From an uncultured virus (IMG/VR IMGVR_UViG_643348570_000002) (Duplodnaviria > Heunggongvirae > Uroviricota > Caudoviricetes): a stretch of 35,778 nucleotides of DNA. The number at the start of each line of letters is the position of its first letter. The first letter of the stretch is position 1. Under the pieces are notes generated by a model. The model did not search any database. It was not told where the DNA came from and worked only from the letters and a program-made list of their open reading frames with translations. Shown piece by piece: positions 8,960 to 17,854 of the stretch. The translations under genes and the position numbers were made by a program. The stretch lies in IMG/VR virus record IMGVR_UViG_643348570_000002; one strand, 5' to 3'.

Positions 8960-9159
8960 CTTCAAACGAAGGCCCCGACAAAGGCTTTGACGGAGCAAAA
9001 GTTCCCTCAGGTTGGCAGGATCATCCCTGACGACATCGTTGTACGGACTGCGGAACCACGATCAATCGGGTCTCGCGCGAGCATGAGCTTCCCGCCGGGG
9101 AGCGCCCGCCTTGGGCGCCGCGCATTCGCTTCTCACGAAGTTGAATGGAGACCCTGTAG
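8960..9159 (+). ncRNA. Candidate structured RNA/leader upstream of the HNH gene
   Basis: Multibranch fold closed by GGGTCTC(9068-9074)/GAGACCC(9148-9154), with internal hairpins at 9087-9103, 9104-9116 and 9123-9147. Further stems: CCTTC/GAAGG (8959-8972) and TCAGG/CCTGA (9007-9030). Confidence 0.4.
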
Positions 9160-9555
9160 ATGGGAAAGCTGTCGAATATTCGTCGAACCAGGATGCTGGC
9201 TCAGGAGGGGCGATGCTACTACTGCGACCTGCCGATGTGGGATCCGGAACTGGGTCATGCCGTGCCGGAAATCTGCCGGGCACCCGCCATGCGGAGATAT
9301 CTCCGCTGCACCGCAGAGCACCTGCACCCTCGATCCGAGGGCGGTGCTGACACGCCGGGCAACATTGTCGCGGCATGCTGGTACTGCAACACAAGGCGCC
9401 ATCACAGGAAGGCGCCACCCTCCCCGGACGTCCATCGCGCGCGCGTCCAGGAAAGAATGGCACAAGGGAAATGGCTGGCCGCGCAGTTGAAACAGATCAG
9501 CGCATCGGTCGGCCCGTGCGCGAAGCTCCAACGGGGCGTGCCGCTGCGGCCATGA
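9160..9555 (+). CDS. HNH endonuclease (zinc-binding, 131 aa)
   Basis: QEGRCYYCD...TAEHLHPRSEGGADTPGNIVAACWYCNTRR, i.e. CxxC, EH..P...GG, N, CxxCN; GGAG RBS at 9147-9150. Confidence 0.88.
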   Translation: MGKLSNIRRTRMLAQEGRCYYCDLPMWDPELGHAVPEICRAPAMRRYLRCTAEHLHPRSEGGADTPGNIVAACWYCNTRRHHRKAPPSPDVHRARVQERMAQGKWLAAQLKQISASVGPCAKLQRGVPLRP

Positions 9556-10122
9556 TCAGCGGAGAGAGTAGACGGTCCCCCTGCCCTCGACCTTCTCGGC
9601 GGTGACAGGTAGGCCCAGTTTCTTCTTGAGCCCGCCGGAAATCAGGCCACGCACGCTATGTGCCAGCCAACCCGTCGCCTCGACGATCTCGGCGATCGAC
9701 GCGCCCTCGGGCCGCCGAAGGAGCGCGATGATCTGCGCCTGCTTGGTGCCTGCGCGGATGGTGACGGGCTTTGGCGCATCGGTGGCCTCGGTCGCCGGCG
9801 CGGGTTCTGCATCCGGTTGTCGGTTCGCCTTCCGCGCGCTGGCGACGGCACTGGCGGCGACCGGCTCGATTCCGATGGCCTCCAGCCCGGCTTCGGTGGC
9901 GATCAGCGTGGTGCCGTGGCCATCGCCGGTCTCGCGCCAGAGCGGCTCGCCCCGGCGCAGGTCGGCATCGACCTCTTCCAGCCAGCCGCGCGTGATCATC
10001 GCGGTGACGGCCTTCTGCGCGGCGGCGCCGTGCAGGCCTTCGGGCAGCGGCATCGCCAGATTACCGGGGCGCGAGGCCGCGCGGCTGAGGATGAGGCTCT
10101 GGGTGTCGGTGAGCTTGGGCAT
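9556..10122 (-). CDS. DUF3489-like protein with C-terminal winged HTH
   Basis: GTKQAQIIALLRRPEGASIAEIVEATGWLAHSVRGLISGGLKKKLGL...GRGTVY; GGAG RBS upstream. Confidence 0.8.
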   Translation of the reverse strand: MPKLTDTQSLILSRAASRPGNLAMPLPEGLHGAAAQKAVTAMITRGWLEEVDADLRRGEPLWRETGDGHGTTLIATEAGLEAIGIEPVAASAVASARKANRQPDAEPAPATEATDAPKPVTIRAGTKQAQIIALLRRPEGASIAEIVEATGWLAHSVRGLISGGLKKKLGLPVTAEKVEGRGTVYSLR

Positions 10123-10216
10123 GGGTCGTCTCCATGGTCAGGGCCGCGATCATCGCCGGCCTTCCACGACCCCAGGCCGCGCTGGCGCGCGGCAGGAGTT
10201 CCGGCGGTTCCGGAGA

Positions 10217-10486
10217 TCAGCGGGCGTGTTCGCCCTCGCCGAAAGCGCTGTCGGTGATGCGCTTCAGGAGGCTGGCGTAGTGCTCAAGCGTGCCGACCAT
10301 GGCCCAGCCGACCTCGTCAGGGTGGCAGTTGAAATGGTCGTCGCTGAGCGCCTGCAGGCGGGCGAGCATCTCGTCGATTTCGGCCTTCTTGCCGATGAAG
10401 GCGTTCAGCGCGGCTTCGCGGTTGCGCCGCGCCTTCTCGGCGCGGAGCTCAAAGCGCGGGGTGGTGATCGGGTTGAGGCGGGTCAT
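10217..10486 (-). CDS. Hypothetical phage protein (helical, 89 aa)
   Basis: RBS GGAG (complement of 10496-10499); ALNAFIGKKAEIDEMLARLQALSDDHF...; GC3-rich coding bias. Confidence 0.75.
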   Translation of the reverse strand: MTRLNPITTPRFELRAEKARRNREAALNAFIGKKAEIDEMLARLQALSDDHFNCHPDEVGWAMVGTLEHYASLLKRITDSAFGEGEHAR

Positions 10487-10588
10487 CCTTGGTGGCTCCG
10501 TGGTGAGTTGCATCGTTTCCGTGCGACAACCATCGCTCCGGCGCGGCGATTATCGTAGGCAAATCATAGCAATATCAGTGCTTTCTGA

Positions 10589-10951
10589 TCATCCGATCCG
10601 ATGATGATCGATCAGCGCCGCCTGTTCCGCCTCATGACGCTGGGCGGCGTCGGGCGGGTCGCGGCGCGCGTTGACGATGGCCACGAACAGCGCGCGGGCA
10701 ACGGCGGCGACCTCGTCCGCCCCGGCGCTGGTCAACTCGGCGTCGTGGATGGCAATGGCCTCGCCCAGATCGGTCAGCGCATAGAGCGTCGCGAACTCCG
10801 CCTCGGGCGGGTCGCAGGTGATGGTGTCCCGGTCGTGCTCGGACACGGCGACGCTCCGGCAGAAGCGCAGGTCGAAGCCCATGGCGCATTCGCGGCGGAT
10901 CAGGTCGTCGAGGGTCTCGCCCTCGGGCAGGCAGTTGAAGGATTGCGTCAT
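10589..10951 (-). CDS. Hypothetical protein (MTQSFNCLPEGETLDDL...)
   Basis: ATGA overlap with 10948-11253; coding-like composition from 10951. Confidence 0.7.
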   Translation of the reverse strand: MTQSFNCLPEGETLDDLIRRECAMGFDLRFCRSVAVSEHDRDTITCDPPEAEFATLYALTDLGEAIAIHDAELTSAGADEVAAVARALFVAIVNARRDPPDAAQRHEAEQAALIDHHRIG

Positions 10952-11253
10952 GATGGGAGCTCCTCGGTCTGCGCAGCCTCGGGATCCAGTTCGACCCACG
11001 CCCCGTCCTGCCAGACATAAAGGTGGCAGAGTTCGCGGGTCGGGAGCGGCAGGATCGGGGGCTCGCGGGGAGGGTCGAAGCAGTCGAGTTCGTCGGCCCG
11101 CACCTGCCGGATTTCCTTCGCGGCAAGGATGTCCTCGGGCGTCCACGGGGCCAGCGCGGGCAACATGTGCGAGGGGTAGCCGTCGAAATGGCAATAGATG
11201 TGGGCCCATTGCTCGGGTCCGATCCGGATGGCGATCTGCGCGCGGGTGCTCAT
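10948..11253 (-). CDS. Hypothetical protein with YCHxDGYP motif
   Basis: MSTRAQIAI...HIYCHFDGYPSHM...LYVWQDGAW is a recognisable small mobile-element protein pattern. Confidence 0.75.
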   Translation of the reverse strand: MSTRAQIAIRIGPEQWAHIYCHFDGYPSHMLPALAPWTPEDILAAKEIRQVRADELDCFDPPREPPILPLPTRELCHLYVWQDGAWVELDPEAAQTEELPS

Positions 11254-11263
11254 GTCCGCGCCC

Positions 11264-11482
11264 TCAGATCAGCTGCAGGCTGGCCAGCATGGTGCTGGCA
11301 GCGGCGAGCTGGCCGGTCGGCAGTTCGATCTTGATGTGCGAGATGACGTCCGAAGCCTCGGCCGCGATCCCCTCGTCGCGCAGCGCGGCCTCGATCATGC
11401 GGGCGGCCGCGTCGGGGCCCTTGAGGTTCAGCGGGTCCGGCAGCGCGGCGTGATCGATGCGGATGGTGGTGATGGCGGTCAT
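11264..11482 (-). CDS. Hypothetical protein (72 aa)
   Basis: AAAGGA RBS; sits in the tightly packed leftward cluster. Confidence 0.65.
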   Translation of the reverse strand: MTAITTIRIDHAALPDPLNLKGPDAAARMIEAALRDEGIAAEASDVISHIKIELPTGQLAAASTMLASLQLI

Positions 11483-11494
11483 GGGCCTGTCCTT

Positions 11495-11707
11495 TCAGGG
11501 TTGGGTGTCAGCGGGTCCTGCGCGGCGTCCGGCCTCGAAGGCTTCCTCGAGCGCGGCGCGGATGGCCCAGACGGCGACGTCGTGGAAATCCAGCCGGTCC
11601 CAGTTGCGGGTCTCGAGCGTCTCGAGGTGGAACTGGCGCTGGGCGATCTCAAGCAGCCGGGCGTCGCGGGCGGCGTTGGGAGCTGCGGGTTTGCGGGCGC
11701 GCGCCAT
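11495..11707 (-). CDS. DUF6900-like small protein
   Basis: IAQRQFHLETLETRNWDRLDFHDVAVWAIRAALEEAFEAG; GGAGG RBS. Confidence 0.75.
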   Translation of the reverse strand: MARARKPAAPNAARDARLLEIAQRQFHLETLETRNWDRLDFHDVAVWAIRAALEEAFEAGRRAGPADTQP

Positions 11708-11709
11708 GG

Positions 11710-11928
11710 TCAGTCCTCCCAGCGGTGTTCGGGGTGGGTGGTCCGCGCGCGGGCTTCCTCGCGCATCATCTCCCGGGCCTTGGCCACCTCGACCATCCCG
11801 TCCGCCTGGCTCATCCGCCCGGACATCACCTCGTCCATCACCCAGTTCACCCGCTCCTGCGCGGGGCTGGTGTGGTTGCGCCACCCTTCGCTCATCGAGC
11901 TGTGCCCCATTCTCTCCTGTGCGCGCAT
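11710..11928 (-). CDS. Hypothetical protein (72 aa)
   Basis: GGAGAG RBS; first gene of the leftward cluster. Confidence 0.65.
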   Translation of the reverse strand: MRAQERMGHSSMSEGWRNHTSPAQERVNWVMDEVMSGRMSQADGMVEVAKAREMMREEARARTTHPEHRWED

Positions 11929-12068
11929 GGCTCTCTCCGATCCTTGTCCAAGGGGTGCGATGCACCCGTTTGCCTCGCACCATGAATCGCTCTATCCGGG
12001 AGTGTAATCAACTGAATAAGCAGAGCATTTCCGTTTAATTCCAATATCTTGAGGGTCGCCGCAGAGCC

Positions 12069-12617
12069 ATGGAAGGTATGTCCGAACGCGCCTATGCCGC
12101 CCATTCCGGCCTCTCGCGCGGGGCGGTGCAGAAGGCGCGGAAGAACGGGCGGCTGGTGCTCTTTGCCGATGGGTCGATCAACGCGGCCGCCTCGGATGCA
12201 CGGCGCGGCGCAATGACTGATCCGGACCAGCAGATGCGGTCGCGCGGCGGGTCGGGTTCTGGCGACGGTGCCGTATCCGGCCCCGGCGACAGCACCTCCT
12301 ATCTGAAGGCGCGCACGGCGCTGACCGTCTATCAGGCGCAGGAACGACAGCTGTCGATCCAGCGCAAGAAGGGCGTGCTGGTCGACCGCGCGCGCGCCGA
12401 GACGCTGGTGTTCCGCCTCGCGCGTCAGGAGCGCGATACATGGGTCACATGGCCCACCCGCGTGGCCGCGCTGATGGCCGCGCAATTATCCGCAGATATG
12501 GAGAAGGCATCGGGGGTGCCCGTGACGATCGAGACTGCGATCCTGCAGAGGGTGCTGGAAACCCATGTCCGAGAGCAGCTCGACGCCCTCGCAGACCTCC
12601 GGGTCAGCCTCGGTTGA
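12069..12617 (+). CDS. Terminase small subunit (Nu1-like)
   Basis: N-terminal HTH (MSERAYAAHSGLSRGAVQKA), coiled coil and GVLVDR; immediately precedes the large terminase. Confidence 0.8.
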   Translation: MEGMSERAYAAHSGLSRGAVQKARKNGRLVLFADGSINAAASDARRGAMTDPDQQMRSRGGSGSGDGAVSGPGDSTSYLKARTALTVYQAQERQLSIQRKKGVLVDRARAETLVFRLARQERDTWVTWPTRVAALMAAQLSADMEKASGVPVTIETAILQRVLETHVREQLDALADLRVSLG

Positions 12618-14586
12618 ACAGGAGGATTTGAGCGCCGATCTCGACCTCGGCTTCGACGGCGCGGAAGACATCCTGCGCGCCTGGCGGCGGGGGATGCGCC
12701 CGGACGCCGATCTGACGGTGTCGGAATGGGCGGATGCGCATCGCTGGCTCAGCTCGCGCGCCTCGGCCGAGCCCGGGCGGTACCGCACCGCGCGCACGCC
12801 CTATCTGCGGGCCATCATGGATGCGCTGTCCCCGAGCCACCCGGCGCAGCGGATCAGCTTCATGAAGGCTGCGCAGGTCGGCGCGACCGAGGCGGGGAAC
12901 AACTGGATCGGCTTCGTGATCCATCACGCGCCGGGGCCCATGCTGGCCGTGCTGCCGACCGTCGAGATGGCCAAGCGCACCTCGCGCGGCCGGATCGACC
13001 CGCTGATCGAGGACAGCTCGGCGCTGAAGGAGCGCGTCAGCCCCGCCCGCTCGCGCGACGCGGGTAACTCGATGCTCTCAAAAGAGTTCCCCGGCGGCAT
13101 TCTGGTGCTGACCGGGGCCAACAGCGCGACCGGCCTGCGCTCGATGCCGGCGCGCTATGTGTTTCTCGACGAGGTCGACGCCTATCCGGCCTCGGCCGAC
13201 GAGGAAGGCGACCCGGTCACGCTGGCCGAGGCGCGCACCACCACCTTCGCGCATCGGCGCAAGGTGTTCATGGTCTCGACGCCCACGATCCGGGGGCTGA
13301 GCCGGATCGAGCGGGAGTTCGAGGCCAGCGACCAGCGGCGCTATTTTGTCCCCTGCCCGCATTGCGGTCACAGGCAATGGCTGCAGTTCGAGCGGCTGCG
13401 CTGGGACAAGGGCCGACCGGAAACGGCCGCCTATCACTGCGCGGGCTGCGAGCGCCCCATCGCGGAGCATCACAAGACCGGGATGCTGGCGCGGGGCGAA
13501 TGGCGTGCGACTGCGGTCAGTGCAGACCCCAGGGCCATCGGCTTCCACTTGTCTGCCCTCTATTCTCCGATCGGCTGGAAGAGCTGGGAGCAGATCGCGC
13601 GGGACTGGCTGGCCGCGCAAGGCTCCGACGAGATGCTGCGCGCGGCGCGCAACACGCTCCTGGGCGAGACCTGGATCGAAAGCGGTGAGGCGCCGGAATG
13701 GCAGCGGCTGGCGGATCGGCGCATCGCCTTCCCGGCACAGATCCCGGCAGGTGGGCTGTTCCTGACCGCCGGGGCCGATGTGCAGAAGGACCGGATCGAG
13801 GTCGATGTCTGGGCATGGGGCCGTGGGCTGGAAAGCTGGCTCGTCGATCACATCGTGATCCCTGGCGGGCCGGATGATCCGGCCTGCTGGGACAAGCTGA
13901 CTGCGCTGCTGAGTCAGACATGGGCGCACGAGAATGGCGCGTTCATGACGCTGGCGAAGCTCGCGATCGACACCGGCTACGAGTCGGCGGCCGTCTATGC
14001 CTGGGCGCGCAAGCAGGGCATCGCGCAGGTGGCACCGGTGAAGGGCTTGGAAGGCTTCAACCGGGCCACACCCGTTTCGGGGCCGACCTTCGTAGATGCA
14101 ACGTTGAACGGGCGGAAGCTGAAGCGCGGGGCGCGGCTCTGGACGGTGGCCACGGCAACGTTCAAGGCCGAGACCTATCGGTACCTCCGCATCGAACGAC
14201 CGTCCGAACCAGATGCCCCCGTAGCGGCTGGCACGATCCACCTGCCCGACTGGGCCGACAGCGAATGGCTCAAGCAGCTGGTGGCCGAGCAGCTGGTCAC
14301 GATCCGCGACCGGCGCGGCTATGCCCGCCAGGAATGGCAGAAGCTGCGCGAGCGCAACGAGGCGCTCGACGCCCGGGTCTATGCGCGCGCCGCCGCGTGG
14401 ATCCTCGGCGCGGACCGTTTTGATGAGCGCATGTGGCGGCAGCTGGAGAAGCAGGCCGGCATCGACAGCGCAGCCGCCGCGGCTGCCCCTGCAGAGCAAG
14501 TAAAACCTGATGCGCCAGAAGCCGGGCGCATCACCGCACCCCGGCGGCGCGGCTGGAAGATCAGCACGCCCCGATACATGGAATGA
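12565..14586 (+). CDS. Terminase large subunit, lambda GpA family
   Basis: RTPYLRAIMD, Walker A MKAAQVGAT, Walker B VFLDEVD, STPT, CPHC/CAGC zinc motif, GADVQ nuclease, RNEALD. The start is uncertain. Confidence 0.95.
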   Translation: MSESSSTPSQTSGSASVEQEDLSADLDLGFDGAEDILRAWRRGMRPDADLTVSEWADAHRWLSSRASAEPGRYRTARTPYLRAIMDALSPSHPAQRISFMKAAQVGATEAGNNWIGFVIHHAPGPMLAVLPTVEMAKRTSRGRIDPLIEDSSALKERVSPARSRDAGNSMLSKEFPGGILVLTGANSATGLRSMPARYVFLDEVDAYPASADEEGDPVTLAEARTTTFAHRRKVFMVSTPTIRGLSRIEREFEASDQRRYFVPCPHCGHRQWLQFERLRWDKGRPETAAYHCAGCERPIAEHHKTGMLARGEWRATAVSADPRAIGFHLSALYSPIGWKSWEQIARDWLAAQGSDEMLRAARNTLLGETWIESGEAPEWQRLADRRIAFPAQIPAGGLFLTAGADVQKDRIEVDVWAWGRGLESWLVDHIVIPGGPDDPACWDKLTALLSQTWAHENGAFMTLAKLAIDTGYESAAVYAWARKQGIAQVAPVKGLEGFNRATPVSGPTFVDATLNGRKLKRGARLWTVATATFKAETYRYLRIERPSEPDAPVAAGTIHLPDWADSEWLKQLVAEQLVTIRDRRGYARQEWQKLRERNEALDARVYARAAAWILGADRFDERMWRQLEKQAGIDSAAAAAAPAEQVKPDAPEAGRITAPRRRGWKISTPRYME

Positions 14587-14807
14587 CCGGAACCCCGATG
14601 ACCCTCGATGATCTCAAGGCCCGCCACAGCGCGCTGCTGGCCGCGCGCTACAGCGGTACGCGCTCGGTCAGCTATGACGGCAAGAGCATCAATTATGGCT
14701 CGGATGCCGAGCTGGCCGCCGCGATTGGCGATATCGAGCGCCGGATCGCCGCGCTGGAACGGACCGGCAGGCGCGTGTTGCGCCCCTTCGCCGTGAAGGA
14801 CCTGTGA
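14583..14807 (+). CDS. Head completion protein, gpW-like
   Basis: SGTRSVSYDGKSINY...ELAAAIGDIE; lies between terminase and portal. Confidence 0.85.
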   Translation: MTGTPMTLDDLKARHSALLAARYSGTRSVSYDGKSINYGSDAELAAAIGDIERRIAALERTGRRVLRPFAVKDL

Positions 14808-16306
14808 TGGCCGGCGCGATGAACTGGCGTCAGCGCCTCGGGGCCTTCATCGGCGGGTTTGATGCCGGCCAGCACCATCGCCGACTGCGCGGCTTCCGCG
14901 CGACCCGCGCCCATGTCAATGCGTTGATCGCAGCCGCCGGGCCCGACATCACCGCCCGCGCCCGCTGGCTCGTGCGCAACAACGGCTATGCGGTGAACGC
15001 AGTCGAAAGCTGGGCCGCCAACACCGTGGGCGACGGGATCAAGCCGATATCAAAGATCCGGGATGCCGCGCGCAAGGAGGAGCTGCAGCGGCTCTGGCTC
15101 GCCTGGACCGACGAAGCCGATGCCGAGGGGCTGACCGACTTCTACGGGCTCCAGCGCCGCGCCGCGCGCGAGGTGTTCATGGCGGGCGAGGTGTTCTTCC
15201 GGATCCGCATGCGCCGCGCGGGCGACGGGCTGACAGTGCCGCTGCAGCTGCAGATGCTGCCTGCCGAGAGGCTGCCGCTCGAGCAGACCGGCACGGCGGC
15301 CAATGGCAACGTGATCCGCCAGGGGATCGAGTTCGACAGGATCGGACGCCGCGTGGCCTACCACTTCCTGCGCCGCCATCCCGGCGACAGCACCGATCCG
15401 GGGCTGGCGGGAGAGGTAGTACGGGTGCCAGCAGCCGAGGTGATCCATGTGATCGACCCGGTCGAGGGCGGCCAGCTGCGGGGCGTGTCCAAACTGGCCC
15501 CGGCCATCGTCAAGCTGTTCCTGCTCGATCAGTACGACGACGCCGAGCTGGACCGAAAAAAGGTCGCGGCGATGTACGCGATGTTCGTGACCTCGCCTGC
15601 GCCAGAGAACCCGCTCGCACCTGCCGAGGATGACGAGGTGCCTGATGGGGTCGAGATCAGCCCGGGCCAGATCGTTCGGCTCGACCCGGGCGAGGATGTC
15701 ACCGTGGGTCAGCCCGCCGACAGCGGCGCGACCTACGAGCCGTTCCAGTACCGCACGCTGCTGCAGATATCAGCCGCGCTGGGCATCCCCTATCCCTATC
15801 TCGCCAATGACATGGTGAAGGGGAACTTCTCGAACTCGCGCCTGGCGCTGATCGAATTCCGGCGCCGCGTCTCGGCCTGGCAGCATTCGGTGATGGTCTG
15901 GCAGCTTTGCCGACCCGTCTATGCCCGCTGGATGGATGCGGCCGTGCTGTCGGGCGCACTGACCCTGCCCGGCTACGAGGCCAATCGCGCAAGTCTCCAG
16001 ACCGCCGACTGGCTGCCGACCAAGTGGGACTGGGTTGACCCCCTCAAGGACGCCAATGCCGAGATCGCGCAGATCGAGGCGGGGCTTAAATCCCGCACCC
16101 AGGCCATCGCCGAGCGCGGCTACGACGCCGAACAGGTCGACCGCGAAATCGCCGCGGAGCGGTCCCGTGAACGCGCACTGGGTCTCGACTTCCGTCGCCC
16201 CGGCTCGCCCGCGCAGGGCGTGCAGGCCGTGCCGCAAAGCGACGACGACACCGACACAACCGATGACGCGGAGGACCGCCCGCGCCCAGACGAGGATCAG
16301 ACCTGA
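14807..16306 (+). CDS. Portal protein, lambda family
   Basis: RARWLVRNN, GIEFDRIGRRVAYH, GQLRGVS, NFSNSR and WDWVDPLKD. Confidence 0.95.
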   Translation: MAGAMNWRQRLGAFIGGFDAGQHHRRLRGFRATRAHVNALIAAAGPDITARARWLVRNNGYAVNAVESWAANTVGDGIKPISKIRDAARKEELQRLWLAWTDEADAEGLTDFYGLQRRAAREVFMAGEVFFRIRMRRAGDGLTVPLQLQMLPAERLPLEQTGTAANGNVIRQGIEFDRIGRRVAYHFLRRHPGDSTDPGLAGEVVRVPAAEVIHVIDPVEGGQLRGVSKLAPAIVKLFLLDQYDDAELDRKKVAAMYAMFVTSPAPENPLAPAEDDEVPDGVEISPGQIVRLDPGEDVTVGQPADSGATYEPFQYRTLLQISAALGIPYPYLANDMVKGNFSNSRLALIEFRRRVSAWQHSVMVWQLCRPVYARWMDAAVLSGALTLPGYEANRASLQTADWLPTKWDWVDPLKDANAEIAQIEAGLKSRTQAIAERGYDAEQVDREIAAERSRERALGLDFRRPGSPAQGVQAVPQSDDDTDTTDDAEDRPRPDEDQT

Positions 16307-17739
16307 TGCTCCATGCCCGCATTGCCGCGCGCGCCTTCAACACGCCGCTGCTCGTCGAACCCTCCAAGGCCATGGCGTTCCTGTCGGGCCTCGGGCCGCG
16401 CATTCTTGGGCGGCGGGTCGAACTGGCAAACGACGTCGAGGCACCGGTTGGGGCGGCCACCCTACCCACCCGCGCCAGTTTGCTGGCTGGCGGCCTGGCC
16501 GACAGCTACCGCCAGCATGGCGATGCGCTGTACCCAGTCGTCGACGGCATTGCCGTGATCGAGATCGCGGGCGTGTTGATCCATCGCGGCGGCTGGATCG
16601 GGCAATCCTCGGGCCAGACCAGCTACGAGGGGATCGCGGCGCAGATCAAGGCGGCGGCCAGCGATCCGGCGGTGCGCGGCCTAGCGTTGGAGATCGACAG
16701 TTTTGGCGGCGAGGTGGCGGGTGTTTTTGATCTCGCAGATCGCATTCGTGCCATCCGAGGCGCCAAGCCGGTCTGGGCCTTCGTCGCGGAACATGCCTTG
16801 TCGGCGGGCTATGCGCTGGCCTCCCAGGCGGATCGTATCCTGCTGCCGCGAACCGGCGCGCTGGGCAGCATCGGCGTCGTCGTGCTCCATGCTGACCTCT
16901 CTGGCAAGCTCGATCAGGACGGGGTGCGCGTCACGCTGATCCATTCCGGCCAGCACAAGGTCGATGGCAATCCGTATCAGCCGCTGCCCGAGGCCGTGCA
17001 GGGCGACATCCAGCGCGAGATCGATGTGCTGCGGTTCCTGTTCGCGGAGACCGTGGCCGCCGGGCGTTCTGGAAAGATCAGTCATGAGGCCGCGCTGGCG
17101 ACCGAAGCCGCGACCTACCGTGGCGCGGATGCTCTCGCCGCTGGCCTCGCCGACGAGGTCACCGATCTGACGCGCGGCTTCGCGGCGTTCCGGCAGATGC
17201 TGTCCCGCACCCCGACACTCTCTCCCATGCGCACCACGCGCGCATCCCTTCCCCACCCCAGACAGGAGGCAATCATGGCCACCGAAAACGACCCCGACGA
17301 CAGCCCGAAGGACACCGACATCGACCTGAATGATGTGGAGGACGGTGGCAGCGATGATACCGTTGCCCCACCTGACCTACCGGCTCCGCCCCCCGCAGCA
17401 GCTGTCCCAGCCGAAGCCGCCGCGCCAGCTTCCACCCAAGTCACGCCACAACCTGGCAATCTGGCCGAGCTCTCGGCGCAGCTTCGCGAGGCGGCGGCGG
17501 AGATTGCCGAGATCGCGGCGCAGGCGGGTCGTCTCGGCATCGCCATCGACGCGGCGAAGGCGCTCCGCGAGGGCACCACCCCCGAGGCGCTGCGCCGCCT
17601 GGTGCTCGAACGCGCCAGTGCAGCCGCGGATGCCCGTGACATTGTCTCCGCCCCGCGCTCGCCGGTCCTGCCGCTTGCGAAGGAAAGCCCCATCGTCGCC
17701 GCCGCGAAACGCGCCGCGGCCTCTGGAGCCCATCGCTGA
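16306..17739 (+). CDS. S49 family prohead protease (lambda gpC-like)
   Basis: IDSFGGE, ALSAGYALAS, GSIGVV and SGQHKVDGNPY; low-complexity C-terminal scaffold region. Confidence 0.92.
   Translation: MLHARIAARAFNTPLLVEPSKAMAFLSGLGPRILGRRVELANDVEAPVGAATLPTRASLLAGGLADSYRQHGDALYPVVDGIAVIEIAGVLIHRGGWIGQSSGQTSYEGIAAQIKAAASDPAVRGLALEIDSFGGEVAGVFDLADRIRAIRGAKPVWAFVAEHALSAGYALASQADRILLPRTGALGSIGVVVLHADLSGKLDQDGVRVTLIHSGQHKVDGNPYQPLPEAVQGDIQREIDVLRFLFAETVAAGRSGKISHEAALATEAATYRGADALAAGLADEVTDLTRGFAAFRQMLSRTPTLSPMRTTRASLPHPRQEAIMATENDPDDSPKDTDIDLNDVEDGGSDDTVAPPDLPAPPPAAAVPAEAAAPASTQVTPQPGNLAELSAQLREAAAEIAEIAAQAGRLGIAIDAAKALREGTTPEALRRLVLERASAAADARDIVSAPRSPVLPLAKESPIVAAAKRAAASGAHR
17275..17739 (+). CDS. 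Nested in-frame scaffolding protein (Nu3-like, 154 aa)
   Basis: Perfect AGGAGG at 17264-17269 ahead of in-frame ATG 17275, preceded by an unstructured C-rich tract. The product is acidic and Pro/Ala-rich, then helical. Confidence 0.7.
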   Translation: MATENDPDDSPKDTDIDLNDVEDGGSDDTVAPPDLPAPPPAAAVPAEAAAPASTQVTPQPGNLAELSAQLREAAAEIAEIAAQAGRLGIAIDAAKALREGTTPEALRRLVLERASAAADARDIVSAPRSPVLPLAKESPIVAAAKRAAASGAHR

Positions 17740-17854
17740 CGCCAGTCGGTGCCCACAACGGCCGTCACTTCCTCGATCAATCCACCGCCATGACACCCGC
17801 TGATTGCTGTCAGCGGGGCTCAGCGCTTGCATCTTTCGAACAGGAGCCCCCGCC

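Noticed and set aside
9160..9555. HNH as the terminase-associated packaging nuclease (HK97 gp74-like)
   Set aside because: It is not adjacent to terS or cos, has its own promoter and leader, and GpA-type terminases do not typically need one. Not fully excluded.
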